NCBI RefSeq assembly: GCF_053078305.1
Contig: NZ_CP166879.1
Direction: 5' to 3' (one strand)
DNA length: 64,000 nt
Made by a program: the position numbers and the translations under genes
Part shown: positions 50,662-61,142 of the stretch, piece by piece
How the letters are laid out: the number at the start of each line of letters is the position of its first letter
Numbering within the stretch: position 1 is the first letter of the stretch
The notes under the pieces: generated by a model
The model's database searches: none
Seen by the model: the letters and a program-made list of their open reading frames with translations, nothing else
Told to the model about the DNA's origin: nothing

Positions 50662-51995
50662 GTCCGCAGCACCGCAAAAAGTTCCAGTTTCACATCTCCC
50701 AGCGATGCCGGGGTGTAGAAAGTACAACGCCCCGCGTCCAGCATCGCCCGGGCCGCATCCGTACTTAAATCCAGCGCGAAATACTGGTTTTCCAGCCGGA
50801 GCGGAATGGCCGCCGGTACATGCGTAACCGGACGGATAATGACCCCGCTCAGCGCCACATTCACCACCTCAGACACATCATCGGGGCTCCCGGCTTTGCA
50901 TAGCTGCGGAAACTTCGTCTGCAGTTCATGCCCGGGCATGGAAGAGCGCACTGAAAGCCAGAAATCCGCTCCTTCGCGCAGGCGCGCATCGTGTAATGCC
51001 CCCTCCCACATCACACCTTTTTGTTTCAGTTCAATGAAGACCACACGGGAAGGCAGGCTTGCCTCCAGCAGCTGGTTCAGCAAAGAAAGCAAGGGTGGAA
51101 ACACATTTTCAGGTGTTTCATGACGGTATGCCGGAACCGCATCCACATTATGCTCAAGCGAGAATGTGAGCAGGGAGCCTGCCAGCCGGGCAAGCTCCCT
51201 GTACAACAGTTCCGGGTGGCGGTAAGGCATGTCAAGCAACTCTTTCAGAACAGGCTCCGCACTGTTCAGGGCATTCAGCAACCAGAACAACGACACGTCC
51301 GCCACTGCAAAATCCGCAAGACGGGCATTGTTCTCCCGACGCATGGACATCAGTCGCTGGCGACGCGCCTGCAGGTGATGAAGCAACTCCGCAAGCTCAG
51401 TCATCAGCGAAGGACTGGCAGACAGCGTCAGCAGAGGGGGAATAAAACGCGGGTCCCTGCACCACTGTCCCTGTGCATCACGAACAAGACGGGTAACGGG
51501 ACAGGTCAGCCAGGCAGCATTTTCCTGATGAGCCATGCGCAGAGTCAGGTTATGCCGCAATACCGCCACTTCGCTTTGCTCATGCCCGGCCAGCTCCTGC
51601 ACATTCACCCTTTCTGATTTCCAGCGACGCGGACGCCCGCTCTCACGGCCATCATCAAGGTTGCCACCGTTAGCATTCAGTAACGGTAGCGCCAGCACAA
51701 TATCCACCAGGGAACGATCAGAAACCGTCGATAAATCACAGACCGGAGGCAGATTATCCGCACGTTCCGTATCAATAAGCGTTCCGTCCGGGAAACGAAC
51801 AATCAGACGGGTGGCATTCAACCGTGAAAGCGGTAACAGAGAGTCATCAAACTCTGCAGCCACCACGCCCCAGGGATGCGCCAGCCCCATTCGGGCAACG
51901 CTGTCTGCCAGATGAACATCCCAGGCAGCCTGCTGCTGAAACTGCTGGGGCATCAGAAAAGCCCCGTCTTCCCACAGTGGACGATAAATCTTCAT
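50658..51995 (-). CDS. tssK: T6SS baseplate protein TssK
   Basis: 445 aa; position between tssC and tssL. Confidence 0.85.
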   Translation of the reverse strand: MKIYRPLWEDGAFLMPQQFQQQAAWDVHLADSVARMGLAHPWGVVAAEFDDSLLPLSRLNATRLIVRFPDGTLIDTERADNLPPVCDLSTVSDRSLVDIVLALPLLNANGGNLDDGRESGRPRRWKSERVNVQELAGHEQSEVAVLRHNLTLRMAHQENAAWLTCPVTRLVRDAQGQWCRDPRFIPPLLTLSASPSLMTELAELLHHLQARRQRLMSMRRENNARLADFAVADVSLFWLLNALNSAEPVLKELLDMPYRHPELLYRELARLAGSLLTFSLEHNVDAVPAYRHETPENVFPPLLSLLNQLLEASLPSRVVFIELKQKGVMWEGALHDARLREGADFWLSVRSSMPGHELQTKFPQLCKAGSPDDVSEVVNVALSGVIIRPVTHVPAAIPLRLENQYFALDLSTDAARAMLDAGRCTFYTPASLGDVKLELFAVLRT

Positions 51996-52010
51996 TTCCC
52001 GACGCCTGCC

Positions 52011-53549
52011 TTACGCTTTTGCCTTTGGCATCTGCGAAACCAGTGACAGACTGACGTCCATACCTTCCACCTGGAAATGTGGTACAGCATAGAGTTTCAC
52101 GCGGAAAAATCCCGGGTTGTCTTCGATGTCTTCCACCACCACTTTTCCGTCACGCAGCGGATGCGAGGCCTGCAGTTCATCACCCGGATCGGTCATCTCC
52201 GTCACCAGACCCCGGATCCAGTTATTCAGCTCCAGCTCAAGCAGACGGCGATCTTTGGTGGTACCGATATTTTCCCGCTGAATCATCTTCAGGTAATGCG
52301 CAATGCGGGACAGCAGGAAGATATAGGGAAGACGGGCATTAATACGGCTGTTCGCCGTTGCATCCGGCGTATCGTACAGTGCCGGTTTCTGGGTGGAGTT
52401 AGCGGAGAAGAAGCAGGCATAATCCCGGTTCTTGTAGTAAGAGAGCGGAATAAAGCCCAGATTAGCGAATTCAAACTCCCGAGTTTCCGGAATCATCACC
52501 TCTGACGGAATTTTGACCTGATTACCGGTTCCCAGATCATACAGATGGATCGGCAAATCCTGCACCGCACCACCGGCCTGAGGACCGCGGATCTGAACAC
52601 ACCAGCCGTTGGTGACAAAACTGCGCACCATATTGGCCGCAAAAGCAAAAGACGCATTTGTCCAGAGATACTTATGATGATCCGGACCTTTCACCTCTTC
52701 AACATAGTTAAAGCTGCGGACAGGTACGGTATCAGGACCATACGGCAGGCGTCCCAGAACACGTGGCATCACCAGACCAATATAGCGGGCATCATCCGTT
52801 TCACGGAAAGCGTTCCACTTGATGTACTCGGCACGCTCAAAGTGATTGCCAATATCCTTAATGGCGGCCACCTCTTCCATCGTATCCTTCCGGAAGAAAG
52901 CCGGGCCAACTGAACCAATAAATGGCATATGCGCGGACGCAGCCACCCGGGAAATATTTTTCAGCAGCGCCACATCCTGCGCAGACGCATCAAACTCCCA
53001 GGCAGAAATCAGGGCTGCAATGGGCTCACCACCCGGCGTATCGTACTCCGCCACATAAGTCTGCAGATAAAGACCACTCTGAATAATTTCCGGCGCATCC
53101 TCAAAATCCTGGCGCAGATCGTCTTTGGACAGATCCAGCAGCTCAATTTTCACATTACGGCGGAAGTCCGTTTTATCCACCAGAGACTTCACGCCCCGCC
53201 ACAGGGATTCCACTTTCTGAAATTCCGGATGATGAAGCACGGCATCCAGCTGACGGCTGATCTGATAATCAAGCTCTGCAATATGATGGTCAATCAGCGC
53301 CTTATCGAGTTTCTCCACCGGTGCTCCCGCTTTCGCCAGGCATTCCATAAACACCTGCATCCCTGCGGTCAGACGTTCATCTGCTGATGCCTCTGACATG
53401 GCCTGCGGATCCTGCCAGATATCCAGCGCACTCAGGGCTGATACCGGATTCAGATTAATTTTTTCAAACAGGGAAGCATATACGCTGTCGCCGGAATGCG
53501 TTTCAGAAACCGCATTTCCCGCCACATTATTTTCTTTTTGTACAGACAT
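52011..53549 (-). CDS. tssC: T6SS sheath large subunit TssC (VipB)
   Basis: About 512 aa from ATG at 53549 (alternative ATG at 53555; the ORF-track GTG at 53579 overlaps tssB). Confidence 0.9.
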   Translation of the reverse strand: MSVQKENNVAGNAVSETHSGDSVYASLFEKINLNPVSALSALDIWQDPQAMSEASADERLTAGMQVFMECLAKAGAPVEKLDKALIDHHIAELDYQISRQLDAVLHHPEFQKVESLWRGVKSLVDKTDFRRNVKIELLDLSKDDLRQDFEDAPEIIQSGLYLQTYVAEYDTPGGEPIAALISAWEFDASAQDVALLKNISRVAASAHMPFIGSVGPAFFRKDTMEEVAAIKDIGNHFERAEYIKWNAFRETDDARYIGLVMPRVLGRLPYGPDTVPVRSFNYVEEVKGPDHHKYLWTNASFAFAANMVRSFVTNGWCVQIRGPQAGGAVQDLPIHLYDLGTGNQVKIPSEVMIPETREFEFANLGFIPLSYYKNRDYACFFSANSTQKPALYDTPDATANSRINARLPYIFLLSRIAHYLKMIQRENIGTTKDRRLLELELNNWIRGLVTEMTDPGDELQASHPLRDGKVVVEDIEDNPGFFRVKLYAVPHFQVEGMDVSLSLVSQMPKAKA

Positions 53550-53575
53550 CAGCATGCTCTCTCTTAATCCGTTAA

Positions 53576-54073
53576 TCACACCTGTTCCGGCACCAGTGCA
53601 CTCAGTTCGTCACGTAAGGCCTGACTCAGTTCGGGATCCCGCAGAATTTTTTCCAGTTCTTTACGGAAAGTGGCGTTATCCAGCAGATTCGCCTTCAGAT
53701 CCCGCAGAAGGCTGCGCATGGCCAGCATGGCTTTAAGACGGGGAATTTGTCGGGCGATCTGCTCTGGCGTGAAGTCGTTCATATTGCGGAAAGTCAGGCT
53801 GATGCTTTCTTCAGAGCCATCACCGGCAAGCGTGTTCTCCACATTCAGGCGTACTGACGGCGAGATATCAGCCAGAACAGCATTAAAGTTATTTTTATTA
53901 ACATCCATTTTTATGCGCTCTGACAGCGGGCGCTCTTCCTGTCCGTTACTGAAATCACCGGCAACCAGCAGTTTGAGCGGAAGCTCCACTTTCTTCTGCC
54001 CACCACCTGTATGTAGGTCTAATTTCAGATTCACCCTTGCCTTCGGGATCTCATTCTGAAACGAACTGCTCAT
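53576..54073 (-). CDS. tssB: T6SS sheath small subunit TssB (VipA)
   Basis: 165 aa from ATG at 54073 with AGGAG RBS; the ORF-track start at 54097 has no RBS. Confidence 0.9.
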   Translation of the reverse strand: MSSSFQNEIPKARVNLKLDLHTGGGQKKVELPLKLLVAGDFSNGQEERPLSERIKMDVNKNNFNAVLADISPSVRLNVENTLAGDGSEESISLTFRNMNDFTPEQIARQIPRLKAMLAMRSLLRDLKANLLDNATFRKELEKILRDPELSQALRDELSALVPEQV

Positions 54074-54167
54074 GACGTTCTCCTGTGAAACCTGCATCCC
54101 AGGGAGCCCATCGCCACAGAAGGCCTCCCCTTGTGCACTGATTTAATTTCACCCATTATAGGACGAA

Positions 54168-54226
54168 GATCTGCAAATTCTCAATATGACAGACATATCG
54201 ATCGTTTTAATGCCAATAACCAGATC
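54168..54226. promoter_or_regulatory. Cluster of three GATC (Dam) sites in the AT-rich region upstream of tssB, candidate T6SS promoter control region
   Basis: GATC at 54168, 54200 and 54223 within 60 bp, about 100-150 bp upstream of the tssB start. Confidence 0.35.
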
Positions 54227-54571
54227 TTTATTCTGATACATATCACAAAATCAGCATTTATCAAAACTTATATCCAGGAGTAATACAAAAATGCAGAAAA
54301 TTATTCCGGTTAGTGCTTTTGATACAGATGGTTATACCGAATGATTACCAGCAATGACATTCACGAGGAGTGATGATTCGGCAGCATTTAAGGGCATATC
54401 AGAAAAAGAGAAGGACATGAAAGAGGAGAGCAATAAAAGACACGGAAAATAAAGAAGAGAGAGAAAATATTTTTTAAAAACAGAAAATTAACAACGCACA
54501 TCAGGAAACGTCGTCTCCTGATTCAGTGATACCACATGAAAATTTAGTGAACGGTTACCGTTCTGAAGTCT

Positions 54572-54781
54572 ATGTCAGAAGATATTCCATTACCAAAAAT
54601 CAATCAGCGATACAGAGACGATCATGGCGCGCTTGTCACCGTGACCAGTGTTGAGGAAACCCGGGTGGTGTTTATGCGGGACGGCTATCCGCATCCCTGC
54701 ATGCGGCCGATGTACAACTTCCTGGGAAAATTCAAACCCGAACCCCGGAAAGAACCCCCTGCCGGCAATCACACTGCCTGA
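54572..54781 (+). CDS. Small hypothetical protein (69 aa)
   Basis: ORF only; no motif recognised. Confidence 0.4.
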   Translation: MSEDIPLPKINQRYRDDHGALVTVTSVEETRVVFMRDGYPHPCMRPMYNFLGKFKPEPRKEPPAGNHTA

Positions 54782-54800
54782 TGGCAGCATAATCCACTTA

Positions 54801-55034
54801 TTAATTCTCATCCCCGGAGACAAGCCCAGAAAACCACTCCGGGTGTTCACTGTATGCCGTGTTCAGCGCATCCCAGGAAACGTTGATATAAAAGCTGTCC
54901 TGCAATTTGCGGGTAACAATTTCTGCCACCCGGTTACGGTTATCCGCCTGTCCGGCATAACCTCTCTCTGCCAGCCACTCATTCAGTTCATGTTCCGGAG
55001 ACAGATTGATAATATCGTAATCGGACCTTGCCAT
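54801..55034 (-). CDS. Small hypothetical protein (77 aa)
   Basis: ORF only; acidic, no motif recognised. Confidence 0.4.
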   Translation of the reverse strand: MARSDYDIINLSPEHELNEWLAERGYAGQADNRNRVAEIVTRKLQDSFYINVSWDALNTAYSEHPEWFSGLVSGDEN

Positions 55035-55122
55035 TCCCGTTTCCTTAGCACATGTTTTCAGGCTCGGGGATAAAGAATGTCGTACTGCTGCTGCCAGAGC
55101 AATATTCCCCCTGATGGTCGAA

Positions 55123-55782
55123 TCAGAGATAGTAGGCCGGTACTTTGCGGGTTGTTCCCGTCAGATTATCATGCACCTCCGCGGTCGTTGTCACCACCGG
55201 CATTCCGCTCTTTCTCAACCTCAGGACATCAGCCGCAATACGCTGACTGCCGAACCAGAACAGGCCGTCCAGTGCAGTCACCAGCAACCCCGCCTCCAGC
55301 GCATGCTTCAGCCGTTCACGGGGCGCTTTCACTTCCCGGGCAATCTGCTGGTATGGCGATGATGTGTTATCATTCCCAATCACCCGGCGAATACGATGAG
55401 ACAGATGATACCGGTATGTATCCGGCACACCGGAAAGGCTGGCCTTCAGGCTGTACACGCAGCCAAAGCGTTTATCGTTGAACACCACATTTTTCTGGCT
55501 GATATCCCATTCTTCACGCAGCGCGGCAATCAGTTGTGGTGTCCGGGTAAGCAACAAGCGAAAAGGCAGTTCAAAACTGGTGACGTAATCCACATTCAGC
55601 AGTGCAATACGCAGCCGTTCTTCCGGCCCGGCCTCTGTCTGCCGGCACTCCTCCAGAACATCCTGCCACTGCTGGTGAAGGCGTGGAAGTTCATTCAGTT
55701 CAGTAAAACTGTATTTATCCGCAAGATAGTCAATTCGTGTACGCATACTGAAAAGAATTCCGTATAAAGATTCAGCTGGCAA
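55123..55782 (-). CDS. Hypothetical protein
   Basis: ORF-track start is TTG; the first ATG (MRTRIDYL...) is at about 55746; no motif recognised. Confidence 0.4.
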   Translation of the reverse strand: MPAESLYGILFSMRTRIDYLADKYSFTELNELPRLHQQWQDVLEECRQTEAGPEERLRIALLNVDYVTSFELPFRLLLTRTPQLIAALREEWDISQKNVVFNDKRFGCVYSLKASLSGVPDTYRYHLSHRIRRVIGNDNTSSPYQQIAREVKAPRERLKHALEAGLLVTALDGLFWFGSQRIAADVLRLRKSGMPVVTTTAEVHDNLTGTTRKVPAYYL

Positions 55783-55834
55783 AACTTTATCAGTCTGTAA
55801 AAACTAACGGAAGAGTCGATATTTCTCCCGTCCA

Positions 55835-56344
55835 TCACCGGATGATTGTTGCAATACCCCGTGGCATCAGAGACTGAACAGCCGTTTTTAACGCCACGTA
55901 TTGCCCTGATGAACCAGGCCGGGCAACCCGAAAACATCTTTCCACCCGGCATTGTCCGCCAGCACTTATCACCGACCAGGTCTGTTGCAGTAAATCCACC
56001 AGTTGCGCACATTCTTCATCAGCCATGACGCCGACTCGCGGATGGCAAATACTCGTCTGGCTGAGCAGCAACAGACATCGTATCTGTGCTCCTTCATGTT
56101 GTTCCCGCAACCAGCGTAATACCACCGGCGCTGATGGGCTGACCGTGTGATTATGCTCCGTAATACGTTCGTGTACCCGTCGGTGAAAGGAACTACAAAA
56201 TGTCTGAATCTGTTGACCATAGATTCCTTCTGCCGAATAGAGCGTGAAGTGAAATGCCAACAGATTTGGCCAGTGGTCCACCGCCTGCTGAACAAAACGC
56301 CGGATTTCCCCCGGCTCTGAAATTAAGGCTTCGGTTATTTGCAC
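55835..56344 (-). CDS. Hypothetical protein (169 aa)
   Basis: ORF only; no motif recognised. Confidence 0.4.
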   Translation of the reverse strand: MQITEALISEPGEIRRFVQQAVDHWPNLLAFHFTLYSAEGIYGQQIQTFCSSFHRRVHERITEHNHTVSPSAPVVLRWLREQHEGAQIRCLLLLSQTSICHPRVGVMADEECAQLVDLLQQTWSVISAGGQCRVERCFRVARPGSSGQYVALKTAVQSLMPRGIATIIR

Positions 56345-56789
56345 GAAATGTTCCTTTTCAACCCCTGTTGAATTTTGTCAAGCCGGTGCAGACACAGTAA
56401 AGCGCGCATCAACACCTGAAAGGTACGATACAAACACAAGTTACAAACAATAAGAACGGAAGGACAATTAATCAGTGAGGAATAATAACTAAATTAACCA
56501 AAAGAATGTTACTGACAATACTACCAATACTTAAATAGCAATATATTAATTAATGTAAGAACAGATGCCCGGTAAGACATATACACAATACATCCACAAA
56601 CACACTCTTTTCATTAAATCAATCACCTGATTAAACCATGAAAGTGTGATGTAAGTCAAAATTACTGACACTATCAATTGATAATGATTATCTCTATCAT
56701 TATCGTGAAATTCGAGAATGAAAGGAGAAGTAGTCATTATAAGCCTTTTATAAATCGTCATCATCATAGTAAAGTAGAACACTTTTTAT

Positions 56790-57260
56790 ATGAGTTACTA
56801 TATGAAAATATACTGGACAAGAAAACGCATTCCTGAACTTTCAGCACTTCCACCTTCATTAAGAAAGAAAAATTTTACTGACGCATATAATGCAGCATCT
56901 TCTCATATCGAATACTGGATAGGTGCTGGCGTCTCATTTATCTCGATGATGATTTTATCCAGAGTATATGACTTTCTTTTACCCGCCCAAGATACTTTCC
57001 CGGGTGATATCATCAGAAGTTTATGTGTTGTGTGTCCATCCATATTAATCTGGTTTCAGTTTTCGGTATATGTCATGAGGAAATATTACAGACATATTCT
57101 GGTGCGAGGAAAAGAAACCGAAACCATTTCAGAAAGGTTGATACGTGAGGCTGATACACGAGAATATGAACTATGGCGTCCGGTCCGTCGCTTTTTCTCC
57201 ATTATTTTTCTCATTATTCTATTAGTTTGCATTCATTCACTGATAACAACTATAAAATAA
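56790..57260 (+). CDS. Integral membrane protein of unknown function in the microcin locus (156 aa)
   Basis: Predicted TM segments (VSFISMMILSRVY, LCVVCPSILIWFQFSVYV, FFSIIFLIILLVCIHSLI); AT-rich. Confidence 0.5.
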   Translation: MSYYMKIYWTRKRIPELSALPPSLRKKNFTDAYNAASSHIEYWIGAGVSFISMMILSRVYDFLLPAQDTFPGDIIRSLCVVCPSILIWFQFSVYVMRKYYRHILVRGKETETISERLIREADTREYELWRPVRRFFSIIFLIILLVCIHSLITTIK

Positions 57261-57357
57261 AAGTTATGGCTGTTCTGATACAGGAAAATAAACGTTCATT
57301 CTATGGTTACCTCTTCCTATTATAGAAGAATTTTAAACGACAAGTAAGGGAATATAA

Positions 57358-58044
57358 ATGGAAATAACAAAAAATAAAAATGCAACTATAAAAAAACAGT
57401 CATCAGTCGGCTGCTTTTCAATGTTTACCTTATCATTTTCTATTACCTTTATTCCTGTATTCCTTACAAACAGGCAGGAACTTATATCCAGGGGACTTCT
57501 TGTTCCAGCATTATTTCTTGCTGAATTTCTAATTCTTGTTCCACTGTATTTTATTTTCTTCCGAAAAAGAGAAGGATTAGGAAGAGGCTCTTTTCGACTG
57601 GATGTTTTTTTTACTCTTTTCTCTTTAATAATGATTATTCAGTTATTTGTCCCTTATCTGCTGGCAGTGAGGAAAACGGAAGAATGGATGATCTCGCAAA
57701 TGTCTTTTTCCGGGGCCATTTTATGGATTAATATATTTTCTTCCGTACTTCTTGTTCCTGTATATGAAGAGATTGTATTTCGAGGGTGTCTTTTTAACTC
57801 TTTTAAATTCTGGTTTAATGACAATATTTACATCTCTGCTATTGTAACATCAGTCATATTTTCTGCATTACATCTACAATATACTGACTTTCGTACATTT
57901 TTGATGCTCTTTCTGATATCGTTAGTTCTTATCAGTGCAAAAATAAAGTCGAATGGCCTGTTAATGCCCATATTACTTCACATGGCGATGAATGCAGTCA
58001 TAACAGGAATACAATATACGTTACAATATCACATAACAGTCTGA
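57358..58044 (+). CDS. CPBP-family (CAAX protease / Abi) intramembrane metalloprotease, MceF/McmM-like microcin accessory protein
   Basis: 228 aa; the three CPBP motifs are present (YEEIVFRG, FSALHLQY, LHMAMNAV); polytopic. Confidence 0.8.
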   Translation: MEITKNKNATIKKQSSVGCFSMFTLSFSITFIPVFLTNRQELISRGLLVPALFLAEFLILVPLYFIFFRKREGLGRGSFRLDVFFTLFSLIMIIQLFVPYLLAVRKTEEWMISQMSFSGAILWINIFSSVLLVPVYEEIVFRGCLFNSFKFWFNDNIYISAIVTSVIFSALHLQYTDFRTFLMLFLISLVLISAKIKSNGLLMPILLHMAMNAVITGIQYTLQYHITV

Positions 58045-58489
58045 AATTGTTATTATGAGATATCTATAACACCTGAAGTTGGAAAAAGAAGCAAATAATT
58101 CCTTATAAGGGATCGTTTACTAATATATTTAGATAATCTCATATTTGTTTATGATATACATCTGATTAAGATATAATGGATTATAAATTACTCAAAGATG
58201 AACAAATATCTTCGCCTTTTCTCGTAGAAAGAGACTTGAAACTTATAACACATCTATATAAATGTGATTTAAATCACGGTTTGCAGTAAAAGCAATTGGT
58301 ATAATTCATTGGTATTCCTATTATTTTATCTATTGCGCGAACTATTTTACAACAATAAAAAAGATATACAAACAGCAAGAAGTAAAAATATTCGGATAAA
58401 TAAAAACTTTTGCTACCTTGGTTTCTATAGTCTTTATTTCTAAGTTTTTCATAAGCACTCAAAGACTCATGTATAGGGATGGTTTAATA

Positions 58490-58654
58490 ATGAAACTATT
58501 TTTTTATTTCTCGTTGTTCTTTATAATACAACTTATAAATTCAGACTTAGACACATTAACCCTTTATCTTTTCATAAAGAAAATAATTCTTTCGTTACTT
58601 GCGAGTGTACTGTTTTTATTTGTTTTATCTTTCTTTAATAAAAAGAGGAAATAA
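58490..58654 (+). CDS. Candidate microcin immunity protein (54-aa two-TM peptide)
   Basis: MKLFFYFSLFFIIQLINSDLDTLTLYLFIKKIILSLLASVLFLFVLSFFNKKRK; stop is 1 nt before the microcin precursor ATG; the ORF-track TTG extension was rejected. Confidence 0.55.
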   Translation: MKLFFYFSLFFIIQLINSDLDTLTLYLFIKKIILSLLASVLFLFVLSFFNKKRK

Positions 58655-58655
58655 C

Positions 58656-58979
58656 ATGAGAAATATAACAACCGATGAACTTGCTTTAATACATGGTGCA
58701 GGATTAGATAAAGATGCATCCGTTGCAATAGGTACTGCGGCTGGTAGTTTTTTAGGTAAAGCAACAAAAATCCCTGGTGCGGATATAGCAGGAAGTGCAA
58801 TTGGAGGATATATTGGAGGAGTTATTGCTGATGGTTCAAATAGGACAATAACAATACCATCAAACGGTATTAACTATAATCCGGGTATAGGACTTGGAAG
58901 TTTTAATCCAAACTACAATGGAGGTTTATTAAACTCAGGATTTAACTCATCAACATCCTCTTCTAGTAGTGGAAGTTGA
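58656..58979 (+). CDS. Class IIb (siderophore-type) microcin precursor with double-glycine-type leader
   Basis: 107 aa from ATG at 58656 (RBS AGAGGA, 6-nt spacer); leader MRNITTDELALIHGA-G; Gly/Ala/Ser-rich, Cys-free core; C-terminus NSSTSSSSSGS; export and modification genes adjacent. Confidence 0.8.
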   Translation: MRNITTDELALIHGAGLDKDASVAIGTAAGSFLGKATKIPGADIAGSAIGGYIGGVIADGSNRTITIPSNGINYNPGIGLGSFNPNYNGGLLNSGFNSSTSSSSSGS

Positions 58980-58988
58980 TTAATTTCT

Positions 58989-59025
58989 AAAGCAGCATAG
59001 CTTATTATGCAGCAATGCTGCTTTT
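58989..59025 (+). terminator. Hairpin terminator between the convergent microcin precursor and exporter genes
   Basis: AAAGCAGCAT...ATGCTGCTTT 10-bp stem ending in a T-tract. Confidence 0.45.
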
Positions 59026-59039
59026 AGTGATATATTATC

Positions 59040-61142
59040 CTAATTTGTAATTCTAAAAATCCGATCAACTGTTCTTAAAGTTGTCTCTCTATGTGCAATA
59101 ATCACCCGGGTGATATTCATCTTTTTTATAGCAGCATTCACGAAACGTTCACTTTCTGTATCAAGAGAACTTGTAGCCTCATCCATAAATAATATTCCAG
59201 GTTTCCGGTATAAAGCTCGGGCAATGAATATACGCTGTTTTTGACCGCCGGAAAGACCTTCCCCCAGTTCACCTATTAACGTTTCATACCCCATTGGCAT
59301 TTTCATTATCACATCATGAATATGACTTGCTTTGGCACATTCTGTCATCCATTCGTCGTCTGTTTCTTCTGCAAACCCACAGATATTTTCACGAATTGAT
59401 CCTGAAAATAGCCGGTCGTCCTGCATAACACAGGCTATCATACGGTGATAATTATTTATTCCAAGTTGACGTATATCCGTGCCATTAACCAGTACTTTTC
59501 CACTATCTGGTTCAAACAGTCCACATAATACTTTCATTAATGTGGTTTTTCCGGCACCGGAGGCACCAGTTATAGCCACACTTTCTCCCGGAGCCACAGA
59601 CAAATTCAGACCACTGAATACCTGTGCTGACTGGCTGTCATACCGGTAGCTTAAATCAGTGGTTTCCAGTGAAACCGGGCTCATGTCAGCAACGATTTCA
59701 ATTTCCGGTTTCTTTTCTTCCTTTTCATGTAGTGCAATATCTGCAATGCGCTCATTATGCAGACTCATTATTCTCAGTTGAAGAAGAAAACTGGTCAGCG
59801 AAGCAACCCGATCCGAAAACTGCCCACGAAAAGAACCAAATGCCACAAACATCCCTATTGTCATCTGATTATCGATCACAAGGCTTGCACCCAGCCATAA
59901 AATCGCCACCTGATCACAGGCGGCAACAAAAGTATTTATCCCCCCGAAGAGCAAATCCATCCTGGTTAACTTAATACCTGAATTGATCGCATCTATTTTC
60001 AGGTTAAGCCAGTGTGTTCCCCGAATCCCAGCCATACCCTGGATTTTTACCGTGGCAATACCATACAGGCTTTCCATAAAATAGGAGCTGGCCCGGGCCC
60101 CCCTGACAAGAGTTTCTTCCGATATTTGCCGGTAATAGCCGTATGTCACCAGACGAATAAGAACGTAAACCATGGTAAAACCGAGCACTATCCAGGTAAG
60201 ATATCCTCCATATAACAGCATCATCACAAAAACACCCACAACCATAATACTGTCCATGATTGCCCCAACAACACAGGTAGTAAAGGTGGCCCTCAAAGTG
60301 TCAAGGGAGCCAAAACGCGACTGGATATCACCTAATTTACGGCGTTCAAAAAACGCCAGCGGCAGTCTGAGAAGATGGTTAAACAGACCCGACTGCCACT
60401 GTATATTGATGAGCGTGCTCATAACCAGTGAGGACCATGCACGCAGCATACTCACCGCGGCCCTGAGCAATATAAAGAACATCAGGCCAGCAGAAATAAG
60501 CGTCAGCAGCCCTCTGTCCCCCGCCGGAATCGCATGATCCATAACCAGCTGAGTTCCCACCGGCATTACCAGATTGATTGCTTCAATTACAACTGACAGA
60601 CAGAAAATTTTCGCCAGTGTTCTTTTAATACCGTAAATACTGTTAATCAGTGAACGGAGACTTATGCGGGTCTGCTGGGTTTCCGCCAGGAATTCACTTC
60701 CGGGCCAGACCTCAAGTGCAATGCCCGTAAAATACCGGCTCATTTCCTCCCGACCGAGATATCTTCTGCCTCTGGCCGGATCATGCAGTACATAACGGTT
60801 ACGCTTTACGCTGACCAGCACGACGAAGTGACTGAAATCCCAGTGGAGAATACACGGCATTTTGAGGGCACCAAGTTCATCCAGCTCCAGTGAAAGAGCC
60901 CGGGTGACCATCCCCAGCTGCTCCGCTATTCCATTGATTCCTGCAAGGTTTGCTCCACGGGCCGAGAGATTAAACTTCCGGCGAAGAGATATCAGGTCAA
61001 TATTCTTACCAAAATGACCGCATATCATTGCCAGGCAGGCCAGTCCACATTCAGCGGTCTCCGTCTGATGAATAACCGGAACACGACGTCGCCAGCGCAT
61101 ATCAAGCTGATTTATAATTTGTCTGAAATTCCCGTTAGTCAT
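59040..61142 (-). CDS. Microcin ABC exporter with catalytic C39 peptidase domain (CvaB/MchF-like)
   Basis: About 700 aa from ATG at 61142 ([11 protein letters not shown]...); C39 active-site region [16 protein letters not shown] retains Cys; Walker [10 protein letters not shown], signature LSGGQKQR; closely resembles CvaB from memory. Confidence 0.9.
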   Translation of the reverse strand: MTNGNFRQIINQLDMRWRRRVPVIHQTETAECGLACLAMICGHFGKNIDLISLRRKFNLSARGANLAGINGIAEQLGMVTRALSLELDELGALKMPCILHWDFSHFVVLVSVKRNRYVLHDPARGRRYLGREEMSRYFTGIALEVWPGSEFLAETQQTRISLRSLINSIYGIKRTLAKIFCLSVVIEAINLVMPVGTQLVMDHAIPAGDRGLLTLISAGLMFFILLRAAVSMLRAWSSLVMSTLINIQWQSGLFNHLLRLPLAFFERRKLGDIQSRFGSLDTLRATFTTCVVGAIMDSIMVVGVFVMMLLYGGYLTWIVLGFTMVYVLIRLVTYGYYRQISEETLVRGARASSYFMESLYGIATVKIQGMAGIRGTHWLNLKIDAINSGIKLTRMDLLFGGINTFVAACDQVAILWLGASLVIDNQMTIGMFVAFGSFRGQFSDRVASLTSFLLQLRIMSLHNERIADIALHEKEEKKPEIEIVADMSPVSLETTDLSYRYDSQSAQVFSGLNLSVAPGESVAITGASGAGKTTLMKVLCGLFEPDSGKVLVNGTDIRQLGINNYHRMIACVMQDDRLFSGSIRENICGFAEETDDEWMTECAKASHIHDVIMKMPMGYETLIGELGEGLSGGQKQRIFIARALYRKPGILFMDEATSSLDTESERFVNAAIKKMNITRVIIAHRETTLRTVDRIFRITN

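Noticed and set aside
55123-56344. Possibility that ORFs 55835..56344 and 55123..55782 are two halves of one frameshifted gene
   Set aside because: The 52-nt gap puts them in different frames and I recognise no continuous homology across the junction, so they are kept as separate low-confidence ORFs
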